A stretch of 64,000 bases of DNA, from positions 2,480,001 to 2,544,000 of the forward strand of contig CATNEN010000007.1 of the NCBI GenBank assembly GCA_950097015.1, read 5' to 3'. Of this stretch, positions 59,356-64,000 are shown one piece after another (within the stretch, counting starts at the first letter, position 1; every line of letters begins with the position of its first letter). The position numbers and the translations under genes are program-made. The notes under the pieces are model-generated. The model saw nothing but the letters and a program-made list of their open reading frames with translations, was not told where the DNA came from and made no database searches. This DNA is from Macrostomum hystrix (taxonomy: Eukaryota > Animalia > Platyhelminthes).

Positions 59356-59428
59356 CTGAAAATGAAAACAACGTTCAGGTAGGAATCTTTTCGAGATGAA
59401 GGTTGGGATTGTGCTCAGCCAAACTCAC

Positions 59429-59792
59429 CGCTGTCCACCACCTTCTCAATCTCCATGCCAGACTCATGGGCGAGAAAGCCTAGAAAGCTGAACACAACCA
59501 CGCCGGAGAAGATCGAGGTTAAAAAATCCGACACAACCACGGCCATTGTGTCCCGCACCACGTCCGTGTGAAACCGGTTATAACTGGCCAGTGTGATGAG
59601 GCCTCCACCGCCTGTGGACAGCGAGTAGAAAATCTGCACCGCGGCGTCCTTCCACACCGTGGCCTCCCGTAGTTTGTGCATCTGCGGACGCAGCAGGAAC
59701 CAGACACCGTCGCTGGCTCCGGGTAGGGTCAGGCCCCGGACTAGCAGGACTAGCAGCACAGCGTATGGGAATAAGGCGGTGAAGTACACGAC
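59429..59792 (-). CDS. SLC6 transporter exon (TM5-TM7)
   Basis: VVYFTALFPY, VWKDAAVQIFYSLS, LASYN, TSIFSG; phase 0-1. Confidence 0.95.
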
Positions 59793-59970
59793 CTGAGTGG
59801 CAATTGTGCGTGAGATGGCAATTGTGCTCTACTTTTTCTTCCTTCTCAACCTGCGTCTTATGACCTCCTTTGATCTTTCTATTCCGCTAACTGCGAGTCT
59901 ACCAGTACTATCAGTACCTAAAAGTGTTGGAGAGACACAAAAAGTACTAATCTAAGATGAATATATTTAC

Positions 59971-60106
59971 CTTTCCCGAACTTTTGATCCCTTTAATCAG
60001 CGACAGGCAGACAACGATCCAGGCCAGTACGAGGCAAAGACTCATATCCCAGCGCAGGGGTCCTAGACTGCTCAGGCTGCCGAGCTTGTCCTGCAGACCA
60101 ACGTAG
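59971..60106 (-). CDS. SLC6 transporter exon (end of EL2, TM4)
   Basis: LGPLRWDMSLCLVLAWIVVCLSLIKGIKSSGK; cag/ and /GTAAAT boundaries; phase 2-0. Confidence 0.92.
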
Positions 60107-60202
60107 CTGAAGTGATACAGAGAATTCTAGCTCTAAGTTGAGCACCTTACAACATTCGATACACTCAGCTACTCAAACTGATTATAAAAGTACATGACCC
60201 AC

Positions 60203-60398
60203 TTGAGAAACTCCGCACTCTCCGATCTGGCAACGTAATTAACAGAACTAGCCGCAGTCGCATTGTAAATTCCATAGAGACTGCGAGTGCCATTTGTGTC
60301 CAGCCAACACGTGCCATTGATGCCGGTCTCATTGTCAATGTAAACATCAGTTAAGCTGTTGCAGGAGCTGTTTACCGAGGTTAGCCGACCGCTGCACA
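60203..60398 (-). CDS. SLC6 transporter exon (extracellular loop 2, N-glycosylation-rich)
   Basis: Polypyrimidine acceptor cttcag/, donor /GTGGGT, phase 1-2 fits both neighbours; several NxS/T sites; ends SESAEFL. Confidence 0.85.
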
Positions 60399-60473
60399 CT
60401 GAAGCAAAGGGAGACGGAGGGACAGACACCTGTGACGCCAAAGTTAGACTCTATAGTACGAGTATTAGGCAGC

Positions 60474-63060
60474 TCCCCTGTTAGACAGACCCCTCTCTGT
60501 TAGACAGACCCCTCTCTGTTAGACAGACCCCTCTCTGTTAGACAGACCCCTCTCTGTTAGACAGACCCCTCTCTGTTAGACAGACCCCTCTCTGTTAGAC
60601 AGACCCCTCTCTGTTAGACAGACCCCTCCCCTGTTAGACAGACCCCTCTCTGTTAGACAGACCCCTCTCTGTTAGACAGACCCCTCTCTGTTAGACAGAC
60701 CCCTCCCCTGTTAGACAGACCCCTCTCTGTTAGACAGACCCCTCTCTGTTAGACAGACCCCTCTCTGTTAGACAGACCCCTCTCTGTTAGACAGACCCCT
60801 CTCTGTTAGACAGACCCCTCCCCTGTTAGACAGACCCCTCTCTGTTAGACAGACCCCTCTCTGTTAGACAGACCACTCTCTGTTAGACAGACCCCTCTCT
60901 GTTAGACAGACCCCTCTCTGTTAGACAGACCCCTCCCCTGTTAGACAGACCCCTCTCTGTTAGACAGACCCCTCTCTGTTAGACAGACCCCTCTCTGTTA
61001 GACAGACCCCTCCCCTGTTAGACAGACCCCTCTCTGTTAGACAGTCCGCTCTCTGTTAGACAGACCCCTCTCTGTTAGACAGACCACTCTCTGTTAGACA
61101 GACCCCTCTCTGTTAGACAGACCCCTCTCTGTTAGACAGACCCCTCCCCTGTTAGACAGACCCCTCTCTGTTAGACAGACCCCTCTCTGTTAGACAGACC
61201 CCTCTCTGTTAGACAGACCCCTCCCCTGTTAGACAGACCCCTCTCTGTTAGACAGTCCGCTCTCTGTTAGACAGACCCCTCTCTGTTAGACAGACCACTC
61301 TCTGTTAGACAGACCCCTCTCTGTTAGACAGACCACTCTCTGTTAGACAGACCGCTCCCCTGTTAGACAGACCCCTCTCTGTTAGACAGACCCCTCTCTG
61401 TTAGACAGACCCCTCTCTGTTAGACAGACCCCTCCCCTGTTAGACAGACCCCTCTCTGTTAGACAGACCCCTCTCTGTTAGACAGACCCCTCTCTGTTAG
61501 ACAGACCCCTCTCTGTTAGACAGACCCCTCTCTGTTAGACAGACCCCTCCCCTGTTAGACAGACCCCTCTCTGTTAGACAGTCCGCTCTCTGTTAGACAG
61601 ACCCCTCTCTGTTAGACAGACCACTCTCTGTTAGACAGACCCCTCTCTGTTAGACAGACCACTCTCTGTTAGACAGACCGCTCCCTGTTAGACAGACCGC
61701 TCTCTGTTAGACAGACCCCTCCCCTGTTAGACAGACCGCTCTCTGTTAGACAGACCCCTCCCCTGTTAGACAGACCCCTCTCTGTTAGACAGTCCGCTCT
61801 CTGTTAGACAGACCCCTCTCTGTTAGACAGACCACTCTCTGTTAGACAGACCCCTCTCTGTTAGACAGACCACTCTCTGTTAGACAGACCGCTCCCTGTT
61901 AGACAGACCGCTCTCTGTTAGACAGGCCCTACTCTGTTTGACAGACCCCTCCCCTGTTAGACAGACCCCTCTCTGTTAGACAGACCCCTCTCTGTTAGAC
62001 AGACCCCTCTCTGTTAGACAGACCCCTCCCCTGTTAGACAGACCCCTCTCTGTTAGACAGTCCGCTCTCTGTTAGACAGACCCCTCTCTGTTAGACAGAC
62101 CACTCTCTGTTAGACAGACCCCTCTCTGTTAGACAGACCGCTCTCTGTTAGACAGACCCCTCTCTGTTAGACAGACCCCTCCCCTGTTAGACAGACCCCT
62201 CTCTGTTAGACAGTCCGCTCTCTGTTAGACAGACCCCTCTCTGTTAGACAGACCACTCTCTGTTAGACAGACCCCTCTCTGTTAGACAGACCACTCTCTG
62301 TTAGACAGACCCCTCTCTGTTAGACAGTCCGCTCCCTGTTAGACAGGCCCTACTATGTTTGACAGACCCCTCCCCTGTTAGACAGACCCCTCTCTGTTAG
62401 ACAGACCCCTCTCTGTTAGACAGACCCCTCTCTGTTAGACAGACCCCTCCCCTGTTAGACAGACCCCTCTCTGTTAGACAGTCCGCTCTCTGTTAGACAG
62501 ACCCCTCTCTGTTAGACAGACCACTCTCTGTTAGACAGACCCCTCTCTGTTAGACAGACCACTCTCTGTTAGACAGACCGCTCCCTGTTAGACAGACCAC
62601 TCTCTGTTAGACAGACCGCTCCCTGTTAGACAGACCGCTCCCTGTTAGACAGACCACTCTCTGTTAGACAGACCACTCTCTGTTAGACAGACCACTCTCT
62701 GTTAGACAGACCCCTCTCTGTTAGACAGACCACTCTCTGTTAGACAGACCGCTCCCTGTTAGACAGACCACTCTCTGTTAGACAGACCACTCTCTGTTAG
62801 ACAGACCGCTCCCTGTTAGACAGACCGCTCCCTGTTAGACAGGCCCTACTCTGTTTGACAGACCCCTCTCTGTTTGACAGACCCCTCTCTGTTAGACAGA
62901 CCCCTCTCTGTTAGACAGACCGCTCCCTGTTAGACAGGCCCTACTCTGTTTGACAGACCCCTCTCTGTTAGACAGACCCCTCTCTGTTAGACAGACCCCT
63001 CTCTGTTAGACAGACCGCTCCCTGTTAGACAGACCCTACTCTGTTTGACAGATCGCTTAC
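60474..63060. repeat. Intronic 19-bp minisatellite (CTGTTAGACAGACCCCTCT), about 135 copies
   Basis: 19-bp period with recurrent variants (CCCC/CCAC/CCGC/TCCGC and 18-bp units). Confidence 0.97.
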
Positions 63061-63343
63061 CTGTTTAACAGACAGCTCATCTGTTTGACAGACCGCTCCC
63101 CAGTTATACAGACCCTGTTATAGGGACTAAGAGTATTTTACTGTCTAGGGTTCAAAGAGGATATCCGCGGGATTTAAAATAGCAAACCATATATACAGTC
63201 ATTTGCGGAATACCCACGCAAACACTTTTATCCTCCTTTCTGTCAGACTTGAATTATCCATTATCCCCATCCTTCAATGCGCCATCATTATGGAAATCCT
63301 TCAAGCTTAGAGAGCCCAATAAGTGTGAGCTCAGGGTACTCAC

Positions 63344-63484
63344 TCTGGCTGCTCCAGCTGCCGCAGTACGACCAGGGCAGGCGGCTGGTGAACGAGGCGA
63401 ACAGGTACCAGAATGACCAGGCCATCAGTACGTTGTAGTAGATAGCGCACAGTGCCGACACCAACACCATACTGATGCCCATGC
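63344..63484 (-). CDS. SLC6 transporter exon (TM3); the 5' exons lie beyond the window
   Basis: GMGISMVLVSALCAIYYNVLMAWSFWYLFASFTSRLPWSYC; cag/ and /GTGAGT boundaries; 141 nt, phase 1-1. Confidence 0.93.
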
Positions 63485-63535
63485 CTGCAGTGTTTGGCGG
63501 CCTCAGCTGCGATATTTGAATCAGATATAGGTGCG

Positions 63536-64000
63536 TGGGGATTGGGGAAGGGATTGGGGAAGGGATTGGTGGAGGGTTTGGGGAAGGGATTGGTGGAGGG
63601 TTTGGGGAAGGAATTGGGGTAGGGTTTGGGAAGGGATTGGGGGAGGGTTTGGGGAAGGGATTGGGGAAGGGATTGGGGAAGGGATTGGTGAAGGGTTTGG
63701 GAAAGGGATTGGGGAAGGGATCGGGAAAGGGATTGGTGGAGGGTTTGGGGAAGGGATTGGGGAAGGGATTGGGGAAGGGATTGGTGAAGGGTTTGGGAAA
63801 GGGATTGGGGAAGGGATTGAGGAACGGAAAAGGGAAGGGATTGATGAAGGAATTTGGGTAGGGTTTGGGGAAGGGATTGGGGTAGGGTTTGGAAATGGAT
63901 TGGGGAAGGGATTGGAAGGAATTGATGAAGGGATAGTGGAAGGGATTGGAGAAGAAAATAGGGAACAATAGAGTGATGGGATTTGGGGTTTGGGATTTGT
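63536..64000. repeat. G-rich 12-bp degenerate tandem repeat (GGGGAAGGGATT), intronic, runs off the window
   Basis: Direct reading; the (PNPF)n and (GEGI)n ORFs are by-products. Confidence 0.93.

Noticed and set aside
63288-63971. (PNPF)n and (GEGI)n ORFs; apparent Pro-rich N-terminus on the SLC6 exon
   Set aside because: 12-bp repeat; a proper acceptor (ctgcag/) at 63485 separates it from the exon.

Overview
Eukaryotic (invertebrate animal) genomic DNA with GT-AG introns, many minisatellites and transposon debris. The style is compatible with a flatworm such as Macrostomum, but the species cannot be fixed from the sequence. There is no CRISPR, rRNA or real tRNA gene. Host genes: (1) a two-exon DEG/ENaC channel (9597-12539, +) with altered HG and TM2 motifs; (2) a three-exon SPATA22-like meiotic OB-fold gene (17926-21542, +); (3) a cluster of 11 intronless secreted PAN/apple + C-type-lectin copies (named A-K here, 25122-53300), of which 5 look intact and 6 are disrupted; (4) the last seven visible exons of an SLC6 transporter (57538-63484, -). 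Mobile DNA includes an intact maT-like Tc1/mariner element, a 5'-truncated RTE-like LINE, a rearranged Ty3/Gypsy relic, two MITEs with target-site duplications, tRNA-derived SINEs and decayed LINEs. The most striking signal is the lectin cluster. A near-invariant central DNA block links interchangeable N-terminal (PAN) and C-terminal (CTLD, QPD or EPN) modules. Homology between some copies stops at the ORF boundaries, and one inverted copy is a chimera of two neighbours. This is consistent with a gene-conversion-driven lectin diversification locus (inference). Single-base indels could be assembly errors.
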